NCBI GenBank assembly: GCA_044226015.1
Contig: JBGAHS010000004.1
Coordinates: 608,001 to 672,000 of the forward strand
Length of the DNA: 64,000 nt
Source: Candidatus Obscuribacteraceae bacterium
GTDB taxonomy: Bacteria > Cyanobacteriota > Vampirovibrionia > Obscuribacterales > Obscuribacteraceae
Direction: 5' to 3'
The position numbers and the translations under genes are program-made. This document shows, piece by piece, positions 1 to 11,620 of this stretch; the stretch's first letter is position 1, and every line of letters begins with the position of its first letter. The notes beneath the pieces were generated by a model. It was not told where the DNA came from, did not search any database, and saw nothing but the letters and a program-made list of their open reading frames with translations.

Positions 1-1105
1 TGGCTATGTCGAGCTTGAGTGCTGATTCGTCTTCTTCTTTTATTGAAGCGCCTAGTTTTTCTTTTACGCTCACTATATTGTCGTAGTCTTCTCTGAGCTC
101 GACCGTCTCAAGGGGGTTGAGTGTTCCGTTGTCGAGTGCCTTTGAAAGCTTGCTATCAATTTCCTTCAGGCGGGTCGTCAAATCCATGCCGGGCTCAAGT
201 AACTGCTCTACCTGATTGGCAAGGTCTTCCATAGCAAGACCTAAGCTGACTTGAGGTGATTTTGGATAATAAACACTGCCGATTATCTGATCTACAGCTT
301 GTGTCTTTTCGGATTTCTTGAATTTTTCAGACATGCTGCGCAGTTCAGCAAGTTTTTTCTTTAGCTCTTCTGCTTTTGTAGCAGAAATTTTTCCCGATTT
401 GACACCTTCGTCCATGCGTTTTTCTATAGCATCAATACCATTGAGGTCTGGGGCTGCGATAGCTCGGGCACTGATGTCACGATGCAAGCGGGCTCCCAAA
501 TTGTCATAGTCTATGCAGAGTGCCAGCTTGTCCAAATAAGTCAGTTTCTTCTGGCTTCTTAGCAAGAGCAATTCCATTGAAAAAACCTTGTTGAATCTCG
601 CCTTGAGATCTGCGACTTCTTGTGGAGTGAGCCGACCATGTTTTGCCGCGTCATCAATTCTCTTGCGCAAGTCTTCTCTGGTGAACTGGAGGTCTGCTGA
701 CGCCAAGTCTCTGTCGTGCTCTGCTGCGGAGATTGCGTCGCCAAGATTGTCAAGCATGACGTTCAATTTCGTCAGTTGCCATTGTGTGAACTTCGCATGA
801 TGCTGTCTGAAAAGAGCTTCGGTTTCTGCAATCTGGTCGTAGGCTGATTTCAAGTCCTCGGCATCTTTCGGATTTAATCTGCCGTCTGACAAGTCTTCAA
901 TAATGCGATGCTCTGTCGCCATCATTCGTGCATCGAAGTCTGCATAAGGTCCACTCGCCTTATTGTTCTCGTTGCTCTTGGCTGCTTCTGTAGTTTTTGT
1001 GGTGTTCGGAGCAGCCTCATCTGCAGCCATCACAGGCATCAACGCTGGCAATGCCAGGGTTGCCAGTAATCCGAAACTCAGTGCCTGCTTAAGCGATGCC
1101 TTCAT
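1..1105 (-). CDS. Secreted alpha-helical hypothetical protein, 3' end runs off the window
   Basis: Hand translation from ATG at 1105 (GGAGG upstream): MKASLKQALSFGLLATLALPALMPVMAADEAAPN (signal-peptide-like), then repeated helical segments such as RIIEDLSDGRLNPKDAEDLK, RIDDAAKHGRLTPQEVADLK and KLSKALDNGTLNPLETVELR. Open to the window edge, so absent from the ORF track. Confidence 0.75.
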   Translation of the reverse strand, partial: MKASLKQALSFGLLATLALPALMPVMAADEAAPNTTKTTEAAKSNENNKASGPYADFDARMMATEHRIIEDLSDGRLNPKDAEDLKSAYDQIAETEALFRQHHAKFTQWQLTKLNVMLDNLGDAISAAEHDRDLASADLQFTREDLRKRIDDAAKHGRLTPQEVADLKARFNKVFSMELLLLRSQKKLTYLDKLALCIDYDNLGARLHRDISARAIAAPDLNGIDAIEKRMDEGVKSGKISATKAEELKKKLAELRSMSEKFKKSEKTQAVDQIIGSVYYPKSPQVSLGLAMEDLANQVEQLLEPGMDLTTRLKEIDSKLSKALDNGTLNPLETVELREDYDNIVSVKEKLGASIKEEDESALKLDIA

Positions 1106-1169
1106 CGAGAGCCTTCCTCCAAGTACATATGCCAAGCAATTATAGACTTTTGTCATGGCTCTTTCTTGA

Positions 1170-2597
<1,428 letters not shown>

Positions 2598-2693
2598 ATC
2601 TTCCTGCCGAGCTTCGTAGTTTCACCATCAGTACCGACCCGAGCTATTTTCATTAGCAGCATCTTATATTATTCTCGCGTTTGTAGGAAAACT

Positions 2694-4061
2694 ATGGACG
2701 GAACTGCAATGGCTGATGGTATCGACTTTAAAGAAGCGGCTGGTGATGCCCTGAAGATGCTAAAAGACAAGCTTGGCGGCACTCAACAAGAACAACCGCA
2801 ATGGTCTATTTGGGGTCCGCAGCAGCAGCAGGCGCCGAGACAAGGTTCCGATTACCAGCCAATTCAGGGGCGCCGCATGGGAGATGCTCAGCCTATTCAA
2901 TCTCAGCCCGCTCCGGTGGCACCAGATGCGGTGCCAGCTATGCGCCCCGAACAAATGCCTGGAACAGAGCGCGCTGATGATCGTACAAAAAATCTTGTGT
3001 TTCAAGATATCAATCATGCGCAGAGTCAGACGTTTCGTCAGCAAGCAACGAGACTGTACACGTCGGCGATCGATAGAGCAAATCAGAGCAAAGACCCGAC
3101 GCTGCAAGCCATGGCTAAAGTGGAATATGGGCTTGCTAACATGAGTTGGGGTTTTACTCAGGATGGCTTTAAATGGATATTGGAGGCCGGTTCTAATAAC
3201 CCAAGCATTTACGATACCAAGTCAAATCAGTCTTTCTTGAAACGGCTGGCTCAGGCGGGAATGCCTTCTGGCGCCGTTGAGATGCTAATGCAGAAGGGAC
3301 AAGACCCCTTCTGGTACTTGAAAGATTCTGACGCTGCAAAGAAATTGGATGCAGCCATGACAGGTCCTATCTTTGTTGCCCCAGCTGATGGAGCTCAGAG
3401 TGCGCCTGGGCAGAACACTGACTATCTGGCACCACCAAAAGACCGACCTGATCAAATCAATCCTCAGCTTGACCCACCGCCGAGACCGGGTTCAAACACG
3501 TGGATGAGCCAGCAAGTAAAAGTTGCATTGGAAACAGCTTCGCAAGAAAAAAACTGGCAAAATGCTTTTGGTGTCTATAAACAAGCTGTAGATATGGCAG
3601 ATAGAAGCAGAGATGTATCTCTTCAAGCCTATACCAGGGTTGAAACTGGATTAGCGTTGATGAAATGGGGCAACGTAGAAATGGGTTACAAGTGGATTCT
3701 CGACGCAGGTGTGAAGAATCCATCCATCTATGACAGTCGCAGCAATCAAGGTTTTGTCGAGCGCTTGAACAGTGCCGGCATTCCCAAGCCAGCGGTTGAA
3801 ATGCTTCTGAGTAATGGACAAAGAGATCCAAAATGGGGGGTAAAAGACCCTGATGCTGCTAAACGGCTTGAATCCGTGACACGTAACCCACAGCAGCAAA
3901 GCAGACCAACAGTGCTTCCTCCTGGCGATGACAGACGCCCACCTGAGTACCGTCCATCTTTTCCAACTGGACTGCCTTTTCCAGGTTCAGATAGCAAGCC
4001 TTCAGTTTTGTCGCAACCGCAAGATGATGGTCACAAAAAGAAGAGCCCTTTCAGCAGATAA
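2694..4061 (+). CDS. Hypothetical protein with two copies of a ~110-aa helical domain and Pro/Gln-rich linkers
   Basis: 455-aa ORF with an internal duplication: VEYGLANMSWG..FKWILEAGSNNPSIYD vs VETGLALMKWG..YKWILDAGVKNPSIYD. Confidence 0.75.
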   Translation: MDGTAMADGIDFKEAAGDALKMLKDKLGGTQQEQPQWSIWGPQQQQAPRQGSDYQPIQGRRMGDAQPIQSQPAPVAPDAVPAMRPEQMPGTERADDRTKNLVFQDINHAQSQTFRQQATRLYTSAIDRANQSKDPTLQAMAKVEYGLANMSWGFTQDGFKWILEAGSNNPSIYDTKSNQSFLKRLAQAGMPSGAVEMLMQKGQDPFWYLKDSDAAKKLDAAMTGPIFVAPADGAQSAPGQNTDYLAPPKDRPDQINPQLDPPPRPGSNTWMSQQVKVALETASQEKNWQNAFGVYKQAVDMADRSRDVSLQAYTRVETGLALMKWGNVEMGYKWILDAGVKNPSIYDSRSNQGFVERLNSAGIPKPAVEMLLSNGQRDPKWGVKDPDAAKRLESVTRNPQQQSRPTVLPPGDDRRPPEYRPSFPTGLPFPGSDSKPSVLSQPQDDGHKKKSPFSR

Positions 4062-4113
4062 TTGAGCATAATGTGTTCTGCTGGAAAGAAACTTCAAAGG
4101 ACTTGCAGTCTCT

Positions 4114-4428
4114 TTATAGCAGAGTGCTGATCAGGTCAAAATACTGTTCAAGGTCATTTCTCGATATGCCATCGAGTTCAGCATCATCGCATGCCTCTGC
4201 GATTTGTTCGTGATTATCCAGAAGGAAGACCAGGAATTTTTGTTCAGTTTGGTCCAGATCAGCGGCTATTGCTACTTCGAGTTCTTTGCGTGAAATAAAA
4301 CCATTTTTGTCTTTATCAAGTTTGTCAAACGAGTTGTAGGCGAAATTTTTTATTGCTTGCAATTGATCACTTACATTGCTGCCGTCACCAACGATGTCTG
4401 AGAACCATGCGTTGCTATCGTTTGCCAT
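4114..4428 (-). CDS. Small EF-hand calcium-binding protein
   Basis: FDKLDKDKNGFISRKEL is a canonical EF-hand loop; a second degenerate loop is DGISRNDL. Start taken at MANDS (GGGGG upstream). Confidence 0.75.
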   Translation of the reverse strand: MANDSNAWFSDIVGDGSNVSDQLQAIKNFAYNSFDKLDKDKNGFISRKELEVAIAADLDQTEQKFLVFLLDNHEQIAEACDDAELDGISRNDLEQYFDLISTLL

Positions 4429-4585
4429 AATGCCCCCATATTTCACACGACTATCTCATGCCCCATTGCAGCACTAGTTCAACAATCAGACCGATAAAAT
4501 AGATTGTTTGCCCAAGAAAGCGAATAATCTGCGAATAATCTGATCTGAATGGCGAATAAAGTCTAAAGACCCGGGCATAAAGGCC

Positions 4586-6037
4586 TTGGAGGGTGGGGTG
4601 AAAGAAACGGCTGCAGATTTCAAATCTCTTTTGGAATGGCAAGAACAGCGGTGGGGTAACGACCACCCGAAGATTGTTGCCAGCCTTGAAGCGCTCGCTG
4701 ACCTTCTGCAAATGCAGGGGAAATATGTCGAGGCTGAACCGCTCTATTGGCAGATTTTAGAAAAGAAGCACAAGCTGTATGGTGCCAACGACCTTCGCGT
4801 GGCGGATACTATTTATGACCTCGCTTGCCTCCATGAATTGCAAGAAAATTGGGCTGAGTGCGAGCGACTTTACAAATGGACTTGCGACATTAGGTGCAAG
4901 CTTTTGCCTGCTGGAAATACCACGCTGGATGATTCCGTCAACAAAGTGAAAGAGATTGCATCTAAGCAGGGCCACGAGATTGACGAATCGCAGCTTCAGC
5001 CTGCAGGAGAAAAGGCTGTCGCTGCTGGTGTTCCAATCGTAAATGCTAGAGCATTTGATTGGAGTTCTTACATGGACAAAGTTCGTGCGCTTGTTCTTGA
5101 ACGTGATTTCGCTCAAGCTGAGAGTATTCTGCGTTGTCTGGTAGATGTGGCGGAAGCCTATCAGGCTGATACGCTGGCTCATGCTGAAACATTGCATATG
5201 CTTGCTAAGGTTCAGTTTCACAAGAAACATGTCCAAGAAAGCTTGAAGTCTTACGAAAAGACCCTGGCGCTTTACGAAAAGGTGTGTGGAACCGTTAGCC
5301 GGGAAACTGCTGGGTGCCTTGAAGATATGGCCGATTTGCATTGCAAGCTGGCGGAAAAATCAGAGGCGGATTTTCTCTTTAAATGGGCTTTGCAAATTCT
5401 TGAGTCGCAAGGAGCCGATGCAGAGCAGCAAGCGGTTCGAGTGAGAGCCAAGCTGGAGTCGATCGATGAGCTTTGCTCGGGTAAGACCGAGAATATTAGT
5501 GTGAAAAAGAGTGGCGAAATCAATCTTGGAAATGGTGATCAAAAGATTGATATCACAAGCGATGAAATGCCGAAGTCCGAAGACCAGGTGGCCGCATTTT
5601 TGTGGAATCAATATTTGAGCACTGGGAAAAAGGCACTGGAAAAAGGTGATATGACTGGTGCGGAAATGATGTTTTCGCGTGCGCTTGAGAAAGCCAATGA
5701 ATTTGGTGTGCAGGACCCGCGTCTATGGCAGACGCTCTGTGATACTGCCTCGGTATATGCAGCGCAAGGGAAAAAAGTTCGAGCTGAAGCTCTCTACCGC
5801 TCGGCGCAGCAGCTATGTGAAAAAACACTGGGACCGCATCATCCAGACAATGCAAAATTCTGGGACATACTCGGTGGGTTCTATGAGAGTTTGAAAGATA
5901 ATGTTCAGGCAGCTATTTGTTACGACAGGCTGGTGAATATTCAGGTTAAGGCAAATAGACCGCTGGTTGAATATGCAGCCTATTTGAAAAAACTCGAAAA
6001 ACTGCATGAGAGGCCGCCTGCAAGTTTCTTCGAGTAA
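4586..6037 (+). CDS. Tetratricopeptide repeat protein
   Basis: Kinesin-light-chain-type TPRs: HPKIVASLEALADLLQMQGKYVEAEPLY, AEALYRSAQQLCEKTLGPHHPD. Confidence 0.85.
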   Translation: MEGGVKETAADFKSLLEWQEQRWGNDHPKIVASLEALADLLQMQGKYVEAEPLYWQILEKKHKLYGANDLRVADTIYDLACLHELQENWAECERLYKWTCDIRCKLLPAGNTTLDDSVNKVKEIASKQGHEIDESQLQPAGEKAVAAGVPIVNARAFDWSSYMDKVRALVLERDFAQAESILRCLVDVAEAYQADTLAHAETLHMLAKVQFHKKHVQESLKSYEKTLALYEKVCGTVSRETAGCLEDMADLHCKLAEKSEADFLFKWALQILESQGADAEQQAVRVRAKLESIDELCSGKTENISVKKSGEINLGNGDQKIDITSDEMPKSEDQVAAFLWNQYLSTGKKALEKGDMTGAEMMFSRALEKANEFGVQDPRLWQTLCDTASVYAAQGKKVRAEALYRSAQQLCEKTLGPHHPDNAKFWDILGGFYESLKDNVQAAICYDRLVNIQVKANRPLVEYAAYLKKLEKLHERPPASFFE

Positions 6038-6157
6038 TTGCAACTCAGTTAGAGCAATCGCAAGTAAGCTTGCAGTCAAATAATACAGTCTTGAGTCGAC
6101 CGGAGCATCGCAAAGATTGCAAGTCAGATATAGCTTGTCTTGGAATTGACTTGACAT

Positions 6158-7597
6158 TTAAGTTTCTTCGTAACCCTTTTTCGTCTTCTCTGCGATGATG
6201 TCATCGTAGTATTTTGTTGCCGCAGCGTCGTTCGAAAATGATTTGGATTTTTCCTGTCCATTAGTGCCTTTTCGTCCGAATTTTACAATCACATCAGTTC
6301 CTGATTTTTTGACATGCCAGAATTTATCTGAGCTTCCTTCGCTAAATTCGAAGCATCTCCATTCACTTTCATCCGAACCAATTGTGTTATTAGTGCTTGC
6401 TGATTCCGCTGGCTTTTTTTCAAGCTTTGGTTTAGATTCAACCGTTGATTTTGCTTCGGGGTTTTGTTTTGTTCCTGAGTTCACCATTGTGCTGACTTTG
6501 TTGCTCTCGCTTGCCACTGCTGGCGGTGCTGATTCTAGCCTGGCTTTCGGGCTAAGATCAAGATCAGTGCGTTTTCTCACGTAAGAAGGAAAACGCGGCA
6601 CTCCTCGGTCAGATAGCTCTTGGTAGCGGAATGTGATCACGGTTCCCACTGCTGGTGGTGCTTCTCGTTCGGCGTCTGAGAAACCGGTTCCGACAGAAAA
6701 TCTTGTGCCATCTGCTAATTCCACAACTAAGGCACCCAGTCGTCCTTTGTGTTTTCCCGTTCCTGGTTGATGTTCCAAAACTGTTGCTTCGGCGTCATGG
6801 AATGATTTAACTTTCAGCAGCGTGGAAGAACGGCCGACTTCGTATTTCGAAGCAGGCTTTCGAAGCATCAGTCCTTCTCCGCCTATTGACTCTACGCGTG
6901 CGAGTTCTTCCCTGAGATGATCCTCATCGTTGCAACGCACGTGCACATGGGCGTGAACGTAGTGCGACCCAATCTCGTCGAGTAGTTGCTGAATAAAAGC
7001 CACCCGTGCTTCAAACACCTCATCTATTAGAGGCGCATCGAAAACAACGAAACGAATGTCTCTCCACTCTTCACTCTTATCTTGCCGTCTCACAACTCCT
7101 ACGGCACGCTGAAATAGCTTTCGCCCCATCCAAAGCTCTCCGTCGAGGTGGACATCTTTCGGTAGGTCTTCTACAAACCAATCCGGAGCAAGATACACAT
7201 TTCCCTGGCGGGAAATGAATTTATTTCCGTCCCAATAAGCTCTTACTCCATCTAGCTTTTCACTCATCCACCAGCCATGAAGGTCAATGTCGCCTTCCCA
7301 GGAGTGAGCCAGAAGAAGTCCAGGAACGGAAGAGTCGCCACCTTCTTCTGAGCTAGAAGCAGATTTCGTTTTTGTGCGAGGCGATTTTTCTGGTAATTCA
7401 GTACCGATTCTATTTTTCTCGAAATCTTCGCCTAAGTATTGCCGAAGGTGTTTGCAAGTTCGTTTTTCAATGGCAATTGATTGATTTCTCCAAGCAGGGC
7501 AACTGCATGAATAAACTCCGCCAGAATTCTTGAGGATATACGGGTCTTTTGCGGACCCCTTCACCTCGGCTGTTTCGCCGTCATTCAGAGTATTCAT
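6158..7597 (-). CDS. ATP-dependent DNA ligase with N-terminal SWIM zinc finger and C-terminal WGR domain
   Basis: CSCPAW...CKH (SWIM); SEKLDGVRAYW (ligase motif I), LDGELW, FVVFD, GEGLMLR, LLKVK; OB domain GTGFSD..PRFP; C-terminal KFWHVKKSGTDVIVKFGRKGTNGQ (WGR-like). Confidence 0.9.
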   Translation of the reverse strand: MNTLNDGETAEVKGSAKDPYILKNSGGVYSCSCPAWRNQSIAIEKRTCKHLRQYLGEDFEKNRIGTELPEKSPRTKTKSASSSEEGGDSSVPGLLLAHSWEGDIDLHGWWMSEKLDGVRAYWDGNKFISRQGNVYLAPDWFVEDLPKDVHLDGELWMGRKLFQRAVGVVRRQDKSEEWRDIRFVVFDAPLIDEVFEARVAFIQQLLDEIGSHYVHAHVHVRCNDEDHLREELARVESIGGEGLMLRKPASKYEVGRSSTLLKVKSFHDAEATVLEHQPGTGKHKGRLGALVVELADGTRFSVGTGFSDAEREAPPAVGTVITFRYQELSDRGVPRFPSYVRKRTDLDLSPKARLESAPPAVASESNKVSTMVNSGTKQNPEAKSTVESKPKLEKKPAESASTNNTIGSDESEWRCFEFSEGSSDKFWHVKKSGTDVIVKFGRKGTNGQEKSKSFSNDAAATKYYDDIIAEKTKKGYEET

Positions 7598-7689
7598 GGC
7601 GCTTCTCTCCAGCGGGACATTCTAACTGTGCCCCGACTGAAGATGACGAAAACGCTGCGGAGCTAAGTATCCTGAATAGCTGTTACAAA

Positions 7690-10173
7690 CTATTTTTTGC
7701 CAGGGTAGTCAGTTTGTCCGGCCGGTCCAATGTAAGCGAATCCTTTCATGTTCATTAATCGAGGTCCTGCCAGGTTTGGGTTCTCTCTGATGGCGTTCAG
7801 CAGTTTTGTTCCGTCAATTGAGCCAAGCCCTGTTGTTGCGTCCCAGCCCGGGGTAGCTTTGTATCCGCTGTTGTCACCGACAGAGATATCGTTAAAGATA
7901 CCGGAATTTGCTCTCTCATAGAGCCAAGGGTTCAATGGTTTACCGAATGGTTTATCCAGCGCACCGTTCACCCGTAACATCAGTGCGGAATACAAAGGAG
8001 ACACGGCGCTGGTGCCACCAGTTAGTGTCTCAGAGCCGGCAACTCTTATTCTATATCCCGTTACTGGGTCTGCATTGCCGGCTACGTCGGGAACTCCACG
8101 TCCAGCTTCGCCAGTTTGCGCATGTCTTGGAACTCCCACCTTAGCCTGGAAGTCTTGCGGAGGGAATACCTGGCTTATGCCACCACCGCCTGCATCGTTG
8201 GCTCTGTTATTGTTCCATACAACTTCGGCTGAGCGCTTTCCACTTCCGTCAACAGTTAATCTTGTGCCACCAGCACCGGTGACCATTGGATCTGAAGCCG
8301 GATAGTCAACAAGAAATCGGTTTCCCGATGCATTGTCGCGAGCACCATCATCACCTGATGCTGCAAAAACAGAGATACCCTTTAGCATTGCTTTCTTAAA
8401 TGCCTGGCTCATGCCGTCGATTGCTTGTTTCGTCCAGCCCTCTTCGTTCATGCCCCAGCTAATGCTGATTGCCGAGTTTTGTGTTTCACCTGCTTCCGGA
8501 AAGGTCGCTCGCAAGATTGCGTCGGTGAATCCTTTTTCGCTGTTCGGAGCAAAAATCATGTGCTGTTGAGCTTCAGGCGCGACTGTTCCAATAACCTGCG
8601 AATCGAGCATTACCTCGCCATCCGCTGCTTGCCCTGGGCTATTTTTTGCTCCGCCCACTTCGATGACTTTTACTTTTGGTTCGGGAAGACCGTGTTGTTG
8701 ATAATATTTTGCGTTGTCTACAGCATCAAATCCGCCACCAAGCTGGATGATGCCGACCGCTTGTCCTTTTCCCATTGATTCTTTCGGGAAGTTGTATGCA
8801 TCTGCAACTTCATTTGGCATAAAGCCACGCCTGGCATTAGGCTCGGTTTGTCCACCCGATGGAGGAGTTTCGGGAGGAGGTGCTTCCGGAGGAAGCGGTG
8901 CGTTCTCGGGTGGATTTGGCCCAGCAAATTTCTTCGGTGCTTCACCGGCTTTGGCTGCTTCGGCAGCTGCCGCTGGAGAGTGTGCATCAGCATATTTTAT
9001 GTAGGACCTTGCAGCAGGTCTGTCGTCCATTCCAAGAATGCTGACCAGGTGCGGATTAAGCTCTCTTGGAACATTCAGGCTGCCTTCTCTTCCTGTGAAG
9101 GCTTGACCTGAGTGCGATTCATATGCGGCCAGTCTTGTTTGAAACGCGTCAGATAACTGACCTGCCGTTCCTTTTATAACAACTCGACCAGAAGTCAAAT
9201 TTGCTTCACCAACACTGAGCCCATGTTCGCTGGCGAATTTAGTTATTGCTGCTAACGACTCCTTCGAAGCTCCGAACTGGTCAAGCATCTGAGCATCGGT
9301 AAGTGGTTGTTGCCGTCCTTGCGCGATGCGCTCGAGTGTGCGATTCATCCTCAGGTCAGTGCCTTTGGATTTGAGAATTACAGACAACTCCATTGGCTTC
9401 GTTGGGTCAACGTCACCTTTTAGAAATCCTTGCGGCGCTGCCCTTTCGGAAGCAGCAAACTGCATGCGCGGTTCAATGTTTCCAGCCACCTGAGGGGTCG
9501 CAATGGTGTCGGCACCTGGTGCTCTCTTCGTAAAACCAACTGCGTCCGTGAGCGATCTTGCACCGCTGCCCAATTTATCGTAAAAGTTCGCTTTTGCATC
9601 GGCAAATCCATCCATTCGTTGGGAGCTGAGCACACGTCCTGTGTAGTGAGCTCCAATCTTGTACCCGGTAGCTGCAATCGCAGTGTCTACGAGAAACTGT
9701 CCGCCGGCATAACCAATCTGGGTTGATGCTGAATTCAGCTCACCCATTGTGGTTGCGGAACCTGCCTTTTTGTATCCGTCAAAAATTGGCTCGGCTGCTT
9801 GGTATGTGAAGTAGACACCAATTGCTGCACCAGCGAGTTTACCTGCTAAGCCTCCCTCAGGAAGCAATGTCTTCAAGGCAACTGCTGTAGCTGCGCCCAT
9901 GCCGAGTGTTTCCGCTAACTGCAGCGGATTTTGCAAATTGTGTTGTGCTGCCAAAAACATACCTTCTGGCACTTTTGAAAGTCCGTTCAGAGTGACAGAG
10001 GTGTATTTGTTTATTTGATTTTCTGGTGCTTTGTTGAAGCTGAGCAGGTCTCCGCCGTTACTCGCAGCTCCCATCATTTGTTCTTTGGCTAGCCTGTTTA
10101 TGAGCGCCTCGTGTCCATCGTGCTGCTCGTGGGTGTCCTGTCTTCGAGCGGAATCGTTTGGTATCTCTGCCAT
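7690..10173 (-). CDS. S53 (sedolisin/kumamolisin) serine peptidase with pro-domain and long N-terminal extension
   Basis: GEVMLDSQ (catalytic Glu and Asp), ISISWG, AASGDDG (oxyanion Asp), RGVPDVAGNAD, GGTSAVSPL (catalytic Ser), GWDATTGLGS. Start taken at MAEIP (GGGAG upstream). Confidence 0.92.
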   Translation of the reverse strand: MAEIPNDSARRQDTHEQHDGHEALINRLAKEQMMGAASNGGDLLSFNKAPENQINKYTSVTLNGLSKVPEGMFLAAQHNLQNPLQLAETLGMGAATAVALKTLLPEGGLAGKLAGAAIGVYFTYQAAEPIFDGYKKAGSATTMGELNSASTQIGYAGGQFLVDTAIAATGYKIGAHYTGRVLSSQRMDGFADAKANFYDKLGSGARSLTDAVGFTKRAPGADTIATPQVAGNIEPRMQFAASERAAPQGFLKGDVDPTKPMELSVILKSKGTDLRMNRTLERIAQGRQQPLTDAQMLDQFGASKESLAAITKFASEHGLSVGEANLTSGRVVIKGTAGQLSDAFQTRLAAYESHSGQAFTGREGSLNVPRELNPHLVSILGMDDRPAARSYIKYADAHSPAAAAEAAKAGEAPKKFAGPNPPENAPLPPEAPPPETPPSGGQTEPNARRGFMPNEVADAYNFPKESMGKGQAVGIIQLGGGFDAVDNAKYYQQHGLPEPKVKVIEVGGAKNSPGQAADGEVMLDSQVIGTVAPEAQQHMIFAPNSEKGFTDAILRATFPEAGETQNSAISISWGMNEEGWTKQAIDGMSQAFKKAMLKGISVFAASGDDGARDNASGNRFLVDYPASDPMVTGAGGTRLTVDGSGKRSAEVVWNNNRANDAGGGGISQVFPPQDFQAKVGVPRHAQTGEAGRGVPDVAGNADPVTGYRIRVAGSETLTGGTSAVSPLYSALMLRVNGALDKPFGKPLNPWLYERANSGIFNDISVGDNSGYKATPGWDATTGLGSIDGTKLLNAIRENPNLAGPRLMNMKGFAYIGPAGQTDYPGKK

Positions 10174-10535
10174 CAAGTGCTCCCTGTTTTCCAAGCCGCA
10201 AGCAAGCCACCGCACGAAAATGCGGAGCTCAAACCAAAATCTGGACAAATTTTTCAACCCTGAGTCCGACTTTAAATTAGGAACCCAATGCTGTCCATGC
10301 GGGTATTCCCAAGCAATTAGAGAAAAACACTTTTCTGATCAGCAATTAATCAAAAACCCGCTGATGCAACAATTTCGGGCGCCAGAACTATGAGAATAAA
10401 TGAGTTTTTCTTTAGCAAAATGTGGGGCTGAAGTTCTTTTAAAATCTGCAATTGCTCAATCAGGTGGAAAATTGTGCACTGTATATGGTGGCGGCTCTTA
10501 TTGTTGAATCCGATGTATGAGGGCTCCTGCTGTTG

Positions 10536-10721
10536 GTTAGGGTGCTGTTTGCGCGTGGATGACGGGTTGTTGTTGTTGTTGTTGTTGCGTGTGTGGAATT
10601 GCTTAGCCTGGCGGATCCATATATTAGTTAGGGTGCTGATTGTGCGCGGATGGCGGATTGTTGTTGTTGTTGCGTGTGTGGAATTGCTTAGCCTGAAGGA
10701 TCCTTTTGTTGGTTAGGGTGC
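10536..10721. repeat. ~85-91 bp degenerate tandem duplication containing (TTG)n tracts
   Basis: GTTAGGGTGC recurs at 10536, 10627 and 10712; TTGTTGTTGTTGCGTGTGTGGAATTGCTTAGCCTG occurs twice. Confidence 0.85.
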
Positions 10722-10821
10722 GCGGATGACGGCCACTGATGCTAAAAATTTGTTTTCGGGCCGGTCTAATTTTTGGATGTCAATCGTCAACAAGAAGTCG
10801 CTGGTAGGAAGGTATCCCGAA

Positions 10822-11559
10822 ATGTACGAACTAAAACACCACGGAAATGAACGTTCAACGGAATCGGCTGATAAGCCTCAAAATGCTGCTCTCGAATCGA
10901 TGCAAGGAAAAGAGAGCCTGGTTCACAGACAGCGTCAAGAAAGCGAGCAGCTTCGCAATGGTGGACATAGCAACATTACTAATGAGTTTGGAAAACCGCA
11001 GTTGATTGGCGCTGCTGACAGTCCGGCGCAAGGTAATTGTTCTGGCTCTGGGGAATCAATTGAGAAACAGAAACATAGAGCCGACGTGAACAAGCATGAG
11101 GCGATGGGAGAAAATGCAAATCGACCTGCCGAGCCTGTGACTGATGAGAAGAATAAGGCAGCTGCTGATCTTCAGAAGCAGCAAGCAATGGAGAATTCGG
11201 CTGGAAATTCAGCTGTCCATGGCAATTCCAGACCAGAGGGCACTGGTTCGATTGCTATGGACCAGGATGAACAAAAGCCGCACAATGGGGTAATTCAGGT
11301 TTTGCGAAATCCAAATGCAGAGCCTCTCAGAACGAATGACCATATGACGCCACTTGGAGCGCCCACGAGACCGCAATGGTCTTGGGATAGTGGAGACCCC
11401 GATGCTGTGCCTCCCGATTATGTTCAGCCGGGTGGAAACAGAGCTGTGCCAGAGCCACTTTGGCCGGAGTCAGATACTCTTCGTGAATCAACGGATGCCT
11501 GGAGAGCCCAGCATCCTGAACCGACAAACACTCATCACAGACGCAATCGATTCCTATAA
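10822..11559 (+). CDS. Hydrophilic, probably disordered hypothetical protein
   Basis: Open frame with AGGAAGG upstream of ATG 10822; no recognisable domain. Confidence 0.6.
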   Translation: MYELKHHGNERSTESADKPQNAALESMQGKESLVHRQRQESEQLRNGGHSNITNEFGKPQLIGAADSPAQGNCSGSGESIEKQKHRADVNKHEAMGENANRPAEPVTDEKNKAAADLQKQQAMENSAGNSAVHGNSRPEGTGSIAMDQDEQKPHNGVIQVLRNPNAEPLRTNDHMTPLGAPTRPQWSWDSGDPDAVPPDYVQPGGNRAVPEPLWPESDTLRESTDAWRAQHPEPTNTHHRRNRFL

Positions 11560-11620
11560 TCGCGCAATAAATAGAATTGCACAATAAAAACCGTGTCGAA
11601 ACAAATTCGTTTTCTATGAA

